This document shows, piece after piece, positions 29,691 through 41,700 of a stretch of 64,000 nucleotides of DNA; the first letter of the stretch is position 1, and each line of letters starts with the position of its first letter. The notes beneath the pieces are model-generated. The model was not told where the DNA came from. It searched no databases and saw only the letters and a program-made list of their open reading frames with translations. This stretch comes from Macrostomum lignano (taxonomy: Eukaryota): assembly GCA_002269645.1 (NCBI GenBank), contig NIVC01002281.1, forward strand, positions 123,325 to 187,324. The letters are read 5' to 3'. Both the position numbers and the translations under genes were made by a program.

Positions 29691-32600
29691 ACTCCTCAAC
29701 AACGGGCAAGTCTTTATCCATAAAAGCCTTCACAGCTTCCTGGAAGCTGTTCAGACAGGCGTCAAACTCTTCGGCCACTCGGGCGTCCAGCTGCTGCAGG
29801 TGGCCCAAATAAGAGATGGAGAAATGCGAAGAGCCAAGCAGACAGTAAGCCGACACCTCCAGCAGGTAGGCGGCCAGAACGACGTCTTCGGTCAGCACTG
29901 TGGAGCGACAGTTGAGCCTGGCGTGGCCGGCAGCCAAGGCGGTGAGCGTCGCCATCGAGTCCAGGCCGAAGCTGAGCCGCTTCGCTTCAAATACGCGCCG
30001 GCCAGCCATGAAGTGGCGCTGGAGAGTCTCGGCGGCCGCATCGTCGAGTTGACACGGCCGGTGGCGCTGGCTGAGCACCTGGGCTACCACCTGGAGAATG
30101 CGGAGATTCGAGACTGAGACCTGTGCATGTGGACTATCCTGAGACCTCAGCACCTGGGCTTATCACCTGGAGTATGCAGAGATTCAAGACTGAGACCTGA
30201 GCACCTGGGCTATCACCTGGAGAATACAAAGATTCGAGACTGAGACCCGAGCACCTGGGCTATCACCTGGGAGAAGGCGGAGATTCGAGACTGAGACCCG
30301 AGCACCTGGGCTATCACCTGAGAGAAGGCGGAGATTCGAGACTGAGACCTCAGCACCTGGGCTATCACCTGGAGAATGCAGAGATTCGAGACTGAGAGAC
30401 CTCAGCACCTGTGCTATCACCTGGAGAATGCAGAGATTCGAGACTGAGACCCGAGCACCTGGACTATCACATGGAGAATGCAGAGATTCGAGACTGAGAT
30501 ACGAGTATTCTTAGCACAATTAACCCGGTCTAAAATGCCTAATATCAAAGCAGCTAAAAGCAATTTGCTTACCTCAGACGACTTGGCGCGCAGCTCTTCG
30601 CCTTCGCCGCAGGCAATGGTCAGGCGGTGCGCCGCGGCCGCCTCGTGGTCGGGCTCCTCACATTCGATGTACAGCCGGAAGCGGCTGAGCAAGCTGCGCA
30701 ATTCGGGTCGGACACCCAGTAGCTCCCGTTTCAATCCCATAGACGACAGCTGATCGTCAACGTCGGCTTGATCGTTGCCATAGCAACCATCGGCTTCCGG
30801 CGCCACTCGACGACCGCAGGCGGCTCGTTCAAGCAGGCCGAGAATGCCGCAGAGCAGCGGCGGTCCCGAGCGGACAACGGGCGGGTTGGGCGCTGCGGCC
30901 ATTCCGGCCTCCATAGCCCAGGCCAAGCTGTGCAGGTCCGGAGTTCGCATCCCCGCCAGATAAGGGAACACGGCCAAGTTGCCGGGACCGGCCAGGGCGA
31001 GAGTGCCCGCTTCCGCTGCCTGTCGGATGGGAGGTGAAAATAATTACAATAGCTGCGTAATGCCTACTCTTGGGAATTTGAGATTGGGTGGAAATTCGAT
31101 TCTTCAAAATTGACAATAAATCAGATTTCTAATAAATGGCAGTCCATTCCTAGAAACATGACAATAAATGGCAGTCCATTCCTGGAAACATGGCAATAAA
31201 TGGCAGTCCATTCCTGGAAACATGGCAATAAATGGCAGTCCATTCCTAGAAACATGGCAATAAATGGCAGTCCATTCCTAGAAACATGGCAATAAATGGC
31301 AGTCCATTCCTAGAAACATGACAATAAATGACAGTCCACAATTTTTTCCTAAGGATATAAGAATAGCCAAAAAAAATCATATTCCTACAAACATTCAAAA
31401 GTTCAGTAATTTTTCTGATTATCCCTGCCTCACCTGGGCGGCGGGCCCCCACCAGGGCAGCTTGGCGGCCAGAGCGGCGGCAACCGGCACGCCGCTACGG
31501 TGAACGACGCAGGCGTCGCCAAGAGCGGCGGTCAGAGACTGCAACAGGCAATGTACCGAATTATAATCGCCAGGCGACATAATGCATAGCGACACTGGCC
31601 GCAGTCTCTCCGCTTCATCAACGCAATTGTATTGATCGTCGCCTACAGCGGCCAGCAGTTGCATCAGGATGGCGAGTTTGACGGTCATCCAGGAGCCCGG
31701 GGGGCTGGCGTCAGCGCACAGGTAGAAGGCCGCATGCAGGGCGGCGCCGTACCGACTGCCCGACAGGTCGTCTTGAATGTGCAGCGGCCTGTAAGTAGTG
31801 GGTGCGGTAAATGGGGTTGGGATGGGTCTTGGAAGCAAGCGAGAGTTGGAGAAACTAATTTACTATGAGAATTATACTGGCTTATTACAGTAGCCAGTGA
31901 GATTCATTGTTAATCTCCCGATGGGATCACAGTATCCCTGTTATGTTATGTTAAACTGAAACGGAAGCACGAGAATTGACTGCAGACGATTTAGGTTAGG
32001 TTGGGGTTATGGTTTAGGTTAAGTTGGGGTTTAGGTTAGGGTTTGGGTAGGGTTGCTGGGTTGGGGTTATGGATTACGTCAGGTTGTGGGTCAGGGTTTA
32101 GGTTAGGTTAGGGTTTTGGTTTAGTCTTAGATTAGGGTTTATGTTTAGGGTTAGGGTTTAGGCTAGGTAGGGTTTTGGTTTAGGGTTTAGGTTTAGGGCT
32201 TAGGGTTTAGGTTTAGGGTTCAGGTTTAGGGTTCAGGTTTAGGGTTCAGGTTTAGGCTTTAGGCTAGATTAGGGTTTAGGTCTAGGGTTAGGGTTTACGC
32301 TGGGTTAGGGTTTAGATTAGGGTTTAGACTAGGTTCGGGTTAGTTTAGGGTTAGATTTAGGATTAGGTTCGGCAGTCAACTCGTGGCAGTCAAATTGTGA
32401 CTAGTCAATTATCATAGATCCAACTGGAACACCCCAATTCAACTCTCTCAGACTCACCTGACATCAGGCCCGTCCATTAGCTCACTCAGCACCGGTTCGC
32501 AGTCGACAATCTCAAAATGGCAGCCCTGGCCGACAGCGTCCGCCACTGGCAGGCCGATGAGGCGGCAACGCCGGCCAAGCGCCAGCTGCCTAATCAGCCG

Positions 32601-32855
32601 GTTGCCAATAGCAACGCATCGGATTGGACGGCGAATGCCAGAACTGGCCGGCTGGTTAGGCAGGGCGATGGCCAGCAGTCGCGGCGACTGCACCCGGCCG
32701 GCGGCAATTTCGGACATGACCGAGCCGCAAGCCGGACAGGGAACGCTGGGCGCACCAGATGTGGACTCGGGCATTGATATGGCGGTTGCTAAGGCGTATC
32801 CAGGGCGACGCTGCAGCATCAGGGAGCTGCAGCCGCCGCTGGCGTCTTTACTATG

Positions 32856-32900
<45 letters not shown>

Positions 32901-34047
32901 TTTGGCATCAGCGTCATTGTTTTCGTTGCAGTCGTCGTTCTTCCGGACCAGAGCCACTGGACATTGCGGATCGCGGCACTCAAATCGAATGGCTCTGCAA
33001 TGCGCGAGTTTCAATGCTTTTAGACTGCTGAATCGGCTTCTATAGGGTGCTGAATTGGCTTCTATAGGGTGCTGAATTGGCTTCTATAGGGTGCTGAATT
33101 GGCTTCTATAGGGTGCTGAATTGGCTTCTATAGGGTGCTGAATTGGCTTCTATAGGGTATTGAACTGGCTTCTATAGGGTATTGAATTGGCTTCTATAGG
33201 GTGCTGAATTGGCTTCTATAGGGTATTGAATTGGCTTCTATAGGGTGCTGAATTGGCTTCTATAGGGTGATGAATTGGCTTCTATAGGGTGCTGAATTGG
33301 CTTCTATAGGGTATTGAATTGGCTTCTATAGGGTGCTGAATTGGCTTCTATAGGGTGATGAATTGGCTTCTATAGGGTGCTGAATTGGCTTCTATAGGGT
33401 GCTGAATTGGCTTCTATAGGGTGATGAATTGGCTTCTATAGGGTGCTGAATTGGCTTCTATAGGGTGCTGAATTGGCTTCTATAGGGTGATGAATTGGCT
33501 TTTATAGGGTGCTGAATTGGCTTCTATAAGGTGAGAATAAGCAAATCGCAATGAGAACCGCCCCCACCCCGCAGACATACCTATCGCACAGCGCCGTCTC
33601 ATCAACGCAGACAATCTGACAGTCGAGGCAGCTCAACCGGCCAAGCCGAGTGCGCATCTGTTTAGCGCTGGCAACCCCGGCTGCGGCGCCGGGAAACTGA
33701 AAGATTCTGGGCAGAACCAGCAGTTGGCCGGGCAGCGGGCTGCGGCCTATGCTGGCTGTGGTAGCTGAGCAGAGCAGACTGGCAATAGCGTCAATACAGC
33801 CAGCAAAGTCTGTTATAAACAGTTGGGCCAGCATCGGCTGAGACTCGGCAAGCAGAGGAAAATCGATGGGTACGCAGACTTCCTTTAGAATCTCGTCCGA
33901 GTGGCAGCGCTCGCACAGGCGGTCAATATCGTCAAGTAGGTCTTGCAAAGTGCCGGCGTAATCAAAGTAAAGCAGCCAGGACTCCTGCTCTTCGGTTTCA
34001 GATTCAGAATCGATGTCGAAATTGAGGGAATCTGGAGATGCGGACAT
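29689..34047 (-). CDS. MCMDC2: MCM domain-containing protein 2; exons 33581-34047, 32458-32994, 31434-31788, 30573-31019, 29689-30090 (~735 aa)
   Basis: Motifs align by recall to human MCMDC2: WLLYFDYAGTLQDLLDD (~ALIYLDRSGGLQKFIDD), RFECRDPQC...CPAC, SPPGSWMTVKLAILMQL (~TPPGTYNLLKLCLLMSL), EAGTLALAG, AGHARLNCRSTVLTEDVVLAAYLLEVS (~EAHARLNLRNKVLKEDVLIAALLFETS). Intron phases 2, 2, 0, 0 are consistent. Confidence 0.9.
30075..30500. repeat. ~50-bp tandem repeat, ~8 copies, whose unit spans the MCMDC2 intron 4/exon 5 junction
   Basis: Sense-strand unit GTCTCAGTCTCGAATCTCTGCATTCTCCAG|GTGATAGCCCAGGTGCTC. Confidence 0.93.
31128..31335. repeat. 32-bp minisatellite (AAATGGCAGTCCATTCCTAGAAACATGGCAAT), ~6 copies, MCMDC2 intron 3
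   Basis: Direct periodicity. Confidence 0.95.
31990..32368 (+). repeat. Degenerate interstitial telomere-like tract (TTAGGG/TTTAGGG), MCMDC2 intron 2
   Basis: ~380 bp of TTAGGG, TTTAGGG, TTCAGG and TTAGG variants. Confidence 0.9.
33028..33530. repeat. 22-bp minisatellite (GAATTGGCTTCTATAGGGTGCT), ~23 copies, MCMDC2 intron 1
   Basis: Direct periodicity. Confidence 0.97.
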
Positions 34048-35783
34048 GTCTCAAGACTGGCATGAATTGCAAAAGATTTGGTAAGGAAACACCTTATATA
34101 TACTGCTGTATTATTATACACAAAGACCCAACTAATTCAACAAGTATTTAAGTGATTTATTATAATCTTACTTCTATAGGGAGCACTGGCTTTGGTTCAA
34201 AGGCTACAAATGAGGGCACTGGCTTCTATTAAAAATGGGGTACTGCAATCTGGCTTCAATCTACTAGGAAAGGCACAGGATTTATTCTACTAGGAAAAGC
34301 CTTGTTGCCTTATTTATATTATAGTGTTTTGCTCTATCTATTAAGAAATTTCTAAAGCTGGGATGTCAAGGCTTATGTAGGAATTCCTAAGATGTCAAGG
34401 CTTATAGTAGGAATTGCTGAAAGATCAAGGCTGATGGGAAGAATTGCTGAGATGTCAAGGCTAAGAAATGAGAATACAGAAGGTATATACAGTTTATAGG
34501 CTTTTCAAAAAATTATTTTGTTGGCTCCCAATCCAAATAGGGAGGCACTAATGGTAAGTTTAAATCTAAACTATAATTGTACATAATTGCCCTGCTAACA
34601 AATTTTCCTCTTTATATAAAAAAGGCTTAGGCTCTAATTAAAACTATTTAATTTTCTAGCTTATTATATTTAATTAATTATGATTTTTCTTGATTTTTCT
34701 AGATTTTTAGGCTTATAACAGCTAATAAATTCATGGAAACATAAATAGGCCTAACCAACTTTATTTTATGGAGACTAATGACCTAACTATCTATATCAAC
34801 ACTATATAGACCTTTGGCCTATTCTAAGGCCAAAAGTAAAGCAATTCATAGTACTTTTAATGCCTTATCAATGCCTTATCTATAGCATTGCTTTTTTCTA
34901 GGGAAAGTTTGATAACTTTCTCTTAGAATAAGAAACTTAAGCAAATAAATGCTATATAAGTTTTTGTTCCCAAATTGCCATACAACGATTTTATCTTAGT
35001 GAAAATATTAAAAATATCATAACTAATTTTATATAGTAAACAATGAGATCAGGGACATAAGAGGTGACTTGACTAGGGAGATATATCCCTTCCCAAATAG
35101 CCAAAAAATGTTTCTTTGAAGTTTGCGCTTTTAGGGGTATCTTAGGCCTATTTCATTCTAAAGAAAATTTATAGCTATGATTTTGCATGATATTACCAAA
35201 AGCTGTATGATGTAAAGAAAATTAGGGCTTAGGCTTTTAAATTTAAAATTCAAAACTTAAACTTTTAAAACTCAAAGTTTTTATATTATATTTAAAAAAA
35301 TAGTAAGCTATAAAACATAAAAATTAGCATTATTGGGCCAAAATATCAAGCCAATGTAGGCCTTAATAAACTTTTAAAAATCAGATTTTTTATTAGTATT
35401 ATTGAATTTAATTTAATTTAATTTTTTACAAAATTCCTAGGCCCTACTTTTTCGAACTACTTTTGCAAAAATAGCAAAAAAGCCTTTTATAGGGGCCTAG
35501 TCATCTTGGCTTAGGCCTATGCATTTTTTGGCCTAGGCTTTCTTCATATTGGGATATTGCTGCAAAGTTTTTTATAATAGGCCTATTAGGCCTAGTTTTA
35601 TTTGCTGGATAGGGCCTATTCGAGAAAAACTATTTATGTGTATGGCAATGCAGTGCATTTTAGATTAAGCTCGAGACAACTAGCTTTGATTTGGAGGGTT
35701 TCTCTCATTTCTTAGGGGCCTACAACTGCAAGTGATGCCAACGCCAATGGGCAATGGCAATGTCAAATGACAATGCCAATGAA

Positions 35784-35957
35784 CAGGGGCATAGCGAAGG
35801 GGAGTCATGACCCCCCCCCAGCCGGCTGATCCAGGCCAAATTTTCAGGCCCCCTCCCCCGTCGCAGAGGCCTAGCACCCTCTGCCCCCGGTTGCCACTGT
35901 GAGCCTGTGACTGACTGTGACCCCCCCCCCCAGAAGGAAATCCTGGCTACGCCACTG
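35784..35957. mobile_element. hAT-type (Tip100-like termini) MITE, 174 bp
   Basis: Imperfect TIRs CAGGGGCATAGCGAAG / CCTGGCTACGCCACTG and a perfect 8-bp TSD CCAATGAA at 35776-35783 and 35958-35965. Confidence 0.85.
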
Positions 35958-38713
35958 CCAATGAATGAATACAGTGGATTCTTCTGTCGGTACATTAAAT
36001 ATTTACAAATTACTGAAACTGGATTCTGGGATAGAAAATTTAACAGAGCTCGCTTATTACTTCTATAATAGATAAACAATAGACTAAATTTAGTTTAGTA
36101 AAGCTTTGAAAAAAAAATCTAGTAAAAACCAGCTAGCAACTTTGAAAAGTTCTCAAGTTCCAGTTTTTTTCTGCGCCAGTTCCAAAACGAGAGGAAAATA
36201 TTAGCTAGCAGCACTTACAGCCTCTCTATTTAAAAAACTATACTTTCAAAAATGACTTTTACAACTCATTTTTTATGTCTAGAATTATCTGTTATTAGTT
36301 TTATTTTGTTAATGCAACAGATTTTAGAACGCGCGTTTTTTAAACAGCTAAACTTAACAAGTTTCGATGAAATTTGTATTGGCGACACGACGAGCCTTTG
36401 ACTGAACTACAGCTACAGGTATACGATGCGGCTTAACCGACCAGGACAATACCGAATAATTACTTGCTAGTCTAGGGTCTAACTTTTAGCAGTGTTGTCG
36501 AATAATAATACTTGTAGGTTATAAAAATGTTTATCTGCGAATTTCAACAATGCTGAATTCTATTGACTTACTAGTACTAGTACCACCAACTATACCATAA
36601 AGCTTTTTAATGATTCCTCTAATATAAGTTATGGGCAAATATGTCCTGCTATCTGCTCTGGCCACCTTAATATTATGCCTAAATATTTCTCAGCATAATG
36701 TAGAATCTAAAACAAGAGAGACATGTAAGTTATGTGTGTATCTTTTTGTTTTTTTAAAAGCATTTTTTTGTAGGCCCTATATAATAGTCAAAAATTCAAA
36801 TTCAAATTGATTGAATTTTGGTAGAATTTGTAAAATTTTAATCATGTTTTTGATAGAAAATAAAGTCAGTAACATTGATAAAATATTTTTTAAATTCAAT
36901 ATAGGCCCCTAATTTATTTAATCACAGGGGCCTACTATCTTTTGAATAGAATCCACTTTAGTAATAGCCACTTTGCCTTTGGTAACAAAGCAGATTTACA
37001 ACTTTCAACAGTTTATATTTATGCTTATAAATTTTAGCAATAATTAGTTTATTAGTTAACATTTCAAATGTCTTACTACTATATACAGTTAAGTTTTCTA
37101 GTTAAACTATATTATAATTTGTTTAAACTTGTGCATTAACTTTATAAAAATTTTGAAGACAAAGAAAATTAAACAAAGCTTGCATACATTGAAATTGAAA
37201 ATTGAAAACAATTAATAAAGAAAACAATAGATTCTGTAATTTTAAGTCATTATTTACTAACTAGATTATAGATTATTATGTACATACTACACAATATTTG
37301 GTCAATTACAGGGTGTCTTGATGCATCACATATTTGACTCATCTAGAAATTAAAATAGATCAATTAAAATACTTTTAAACAAGTAAACACATGCAAGTAA
37401 AATTGACTGATTTCACTTATTATATTTTTTGCCTCATTTGCTAGCAGGGTTTTATTTTTTGCTAAAGACAAGGTGTGAAATCACACCCTGTGCTCAATTT
37501 TAAGATGCAATTTTAAGGCTCAAAGTGTAGTTTCTCTTTTTTCTTATTTGAAGGCAGTGCAAATGAGGCTTCAATCGAAAAAAGAAAAAATTAGGGTACA
37601 TTTGGACACTGCGCATGAAAAGAAACCTAATTTGTTAGGTAATATTTATAGTATAGAAAATATTTTGTTGATAATAAACTATAATTTTGTAAGTTGTAGC
37701 ACTTAAAACATTAAATCAAGAGTTTAAGGCTTATAAAAATATGACAATCCTTCTTTTAATTATTGAAAATTATTTTTACATGTTTTATAAAATAATAAAA
37801 CATGGCAAGTATAATATGCATAATAAAAAAATATAGATTTACATATGACTATCTATAATTTATCAGATAGAAAGTTTTAATTGGTATATGTCTTGTATTG
37901 TATTGTATATTTATATATTATTTGTTTTATTATGTCTAAAGTACCCAAAGTCTAAAGTATTGGGTCATTCTACAAGAGGGTCCTATCATGTTTTTGAACT
38001 TTAAGCACTTGTAACTTTTAAACCATAATAGATAAAACAAAGCTTTAAAAAGCTATCTATGTCAAACTTCTAGTTCTTTATTTTTCGCATAGCTGCTTAT
38101 GAATTCTGAAACAATTAAACATATAGCAGAGCCATAAACTATGCTAATGGTCATTTTTAATTACCAAAAAACTATCAACATAGTTTATGCTCTGCTATGT
38201 ATTAGGCTTATATCAATATTAATACTATTAGGCTATACACCTAGGTACACTTTGAGTGTCATTGTTGAAACTAGCTAGAGTCATTTTTGCCATTCTACTG
38301 ATTCCTCCTAAGTAGGCACACAAGTGCTTAGATATGTGCATAGTCATATGCATAGATGCACACTCATATAGGAGTGTACAGGGGCACTAACTTTATTTTT
38401 TATTAGCCATGTACTCTTCACTGTGCCTTGGGGGTTGGCCCTTAAGGGCATTAACTTAGCCCCAGTGAAATAAAGTCGTCAGAAATTTATTGCGACACAA
38501 AAGCACAAGCAGACATAGCAGCTTAGCCAGCTTTTGCACATGTATGCTCCTTGGCCTTGATGCTTGGTACCTCAGCAAATCCCCCGTGAGATCCCCCATG
38601 ATCTCTCTAAGTTGAGATTAAAATGGAATGCAATTTTTTTATTGTTTCAAACGTGTCATTCATTCAGGACCAATCATTCCCAGCCTTTTAAACAATTTAC
38701 CACTTGGCAACAG

Positions 38714-41700
38714 ATTACCTCACTCGCGACTGTCAGTATCAGAATGGCGCCGCTGGCACTGGCAAAGGCGTTATGCGCACCCGAGTCACGTCGGCGCAGA
38801 TTCTATCCCACCGATTTGGCAAGGAGCCATATCCAGCAAATTTCTCCTGCGAAGTCTATTTGTCTACTAGAAGCACAGATCGATTCCTTGTGTGGTTCAA
38901 CCATCTGTACATACCGGATGTTGACCAAATGTGCGAAAACGTGCTGCACTGTTTCAATACCAACACGCCAATTAGCGAGGGCATGCAGGAGGCTGGCGGC
39001 CAGACTGGGCTGTGCAAACGGTCCTATCCTAAGCAGCCGCTTGTTACTACTGCGCACTACTTCACGTTTACGTTTAGGTAAGCGCTTGAGCTTGTTTAGT
39101 TTCTCATTGGTAGCTACTTTACCAACTCTAGTCAGTCATTCAGTAGCTACATGAACTAGACCCACCTCTAAGTCCTTCAGTAGCTACTAGACCCACCTCA
39201 AAGTCCTTCAGTAGCTACTAGACCCACCTCTAAGTCCTTCAGTAGCTACTAGACCCACCTCAAAGTCCTTCAGTAGCTACTAGACCCACCTCTCAAAGTC
39301 CTTCAGTAGCTACTAGACCCACCTCAAAGTCCTTCAGTAGCTACTAGACCCACCTCTCAAAGTCCTTCAGTAGCTACTAGACCCACCTCAAAGTCCTTCA
39401 GTAGCTACTAGACCCACCTCTCAAAGTCCTTCAGTAGCTACTAGACCCACCTCAAAGTCCTTCAGTAGCTACTAGACCCACCTCAAAGTCCTTCAGTAGC
39501 TACTAGACCCACCTCTCAAAGTCCTTCAGTAGCTACTAGACCCACCTCAAAGTCCTTCAGTAGCTACTAGACCCACCTCAAAGTCCTTCAGTAGCTACTA
39601 GACCCACCTCTCAAAGTCCTTCAGTAGCTACTAGACCCACCTCAAAGTCCTTCAGTAGCTACTAGACCCACCTCTCAAAGTCCTTCAGTAGCTACTAGAC
39701 CCACCTCAAAGTCCTTCAGTAGCTACTAGACCCACCTCTCAAAGTCCTTCAGTAGCTACTAGACCCACCTCAAAGTCCTTCAGTAGCTACTAGACCCACC
39801 TCTCAAAGTCCTTCAGTAGCTACTAGACCCACCTCAAAGTCCTTCAGTAGCTACTAGACCCACCTCAAAGTCCTTCAGTAGCTACTAGACCCACCTCTCA
39901 AAGTCCTTCAGTAGCTACTAGACCCACCTCAAAGTCCTTCAGTAGCTACTAGACCCACCTCAAAGTCCTTCAGTAGCTACTAGACCCACCTCTCAAAGTC
40001 CTTCAGTAGCTACTAGACCCACCTCAAAGTCCTTCAGTAGCTACTAGACCCACCTCAAAGTCCTTCAGTAGCTACTAGACCCACCTCAAAGTCCTTCAGT
40101 AGCTACTAGACCCACCTCTCAAAGTCCTTCAGTAGCTACTAGACCCACCTCAAAGTCCTTCAGTAGCTACTAGACCCACCTCAAAGTCCTTCAGTAGCTA
40201 CTAGACCCACCTCTCAAAGTCCTTCAGTAGCTACTAGACCCACCTCAAAGTCCTTCAGTAGCTACTAGACCCACCTCTCAAAGTCCTTCAGTAGCTACTA
40301 GACCCACCTCAAAGTCCTTCAGTAGCTACTAGACCCACCTCTCAAAGTCCTTCAGTAGCTACTAGACCCACCTCAAAGTCCTTCAGTAGCTACTAGACCC
40401 ACCTCTACTAGTCCTTCAGTAGCTACTAGACCCACCTCAAAGTCCTTCAGTAACTACTAGACCCACCTCTGAAAGTCCTTCAGTAGCTACTAGACCCACC
40501 TCAAAGTCCTTCAGTAGCTACTAGACCCACCTCTCAAAGTCCTTCAGTAGCTACTAGACCCACCTCAAAGTCCTTCAGTAGCTACTAGACCCACCTCTCA
40601 AAGTCCTTCAGTAACTACTAGACCCACCTCTACTAGTCCTTCAGTAACTACTAGACCCACCTCTGAGTCCTTCAGTAGCTACTAAGAACATCCTCAGTAA
40701 TCCTTTAGAAGCCTACCATCCCTAGCCTTCCTAACATGGCTACCTACGAGTACTTGCATCAATAGACAATATGTTTATTCCGCAGAAGGCGTAGATAAAC
40801 AAGTAAAAAATGACTAGAGCAAACAGTTAGGGATGCTGTGTTGAGAGCTCTAATGGAAAAAATTGGAATGCAAGCTTTTGACTTGGCAACATTGATTAGG
40901 CGTCAGTCAGCGGCTCAGTCTATCTGTTATCCTCTGCTCCTGCCAGAGACTTATCTGGTTTCTGCGCAGTCATTCCGTAGCGTCGATATTCGGTTTTCTG
41001 GATATACTCGTATGCCTGTTAACAAGAGATTGGGAACTGTGTGCATGCAGGAGAGGAGGAAGGACTAATACATGGATTTATGGGAAGAAATGAAGTCAGC
41101 CGCCTTGAGCCGAGGGATTTCTCCAAGAAAGAAGAGCTGAGGCTTGCCATAGTTGGTTGGTAGTTCAGGCGCCGCCTTCTGCTTGGTCTGGGTCTGCTAT
41201 TCTACAGCTCATTCATCTAATTCCTAATAAGAAAACTAAATTGCCGCCTTCTAGGATGGGTTATTTGATGCTGCTTAATAACTGCTTTTTATTGCTGTCA
41301 GGAAAATAGTTCGTTGCTTGCCTCGTTCGTAGACGAGTGCCCAAAATTTATTACCGTAATAGCTGCGTTTATAGGACTTTTTGGGAACAGTTTATTAAAA
41401 AAATTCATCCTAATATAAATCATTTATTGACTTTTCTTCAATTTATGCTTAGTCTGAAAAATCTAAACCGTAGCATAGACTTACTGCTTTAAAAAACTGT
41501 GCCTGGTCCCCAATCGATGCTGAGAATGGTCCCTAATCAATCCTGAGAATGGTCCCTAACCAATCCCGAGAATGGTCCCTAACCAATCCTGAGACTGGTC
41601 CCTAACCGATCCCGAGAATGGTCCCTAACCAATCCTAAGAATGGTCCCTAACCAATCCTGAGAATGGTCCCTAACCAATCCTGAGAATGGTCCCTAACCA

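Noticed and set aside
31990-32368. True telomere or contig end
   Set aside because: The tract is degenerate, internal and inside a correctly phased MCMDC2 intron.
37309-37490. Tc1/mariner MITE (TA-CAGGGTGT...ACACCCTG-TG)
   Set aside because: Only 8 bp of TIR match and the right flank is TG, not TA; too weak to call.
40838-41200. Possible LINE 3' remnant or nested exon
   Set aside because: Mildly GC-rich with vague similarity to non-LTR C-termini, but no motif I can support and multiple stops.
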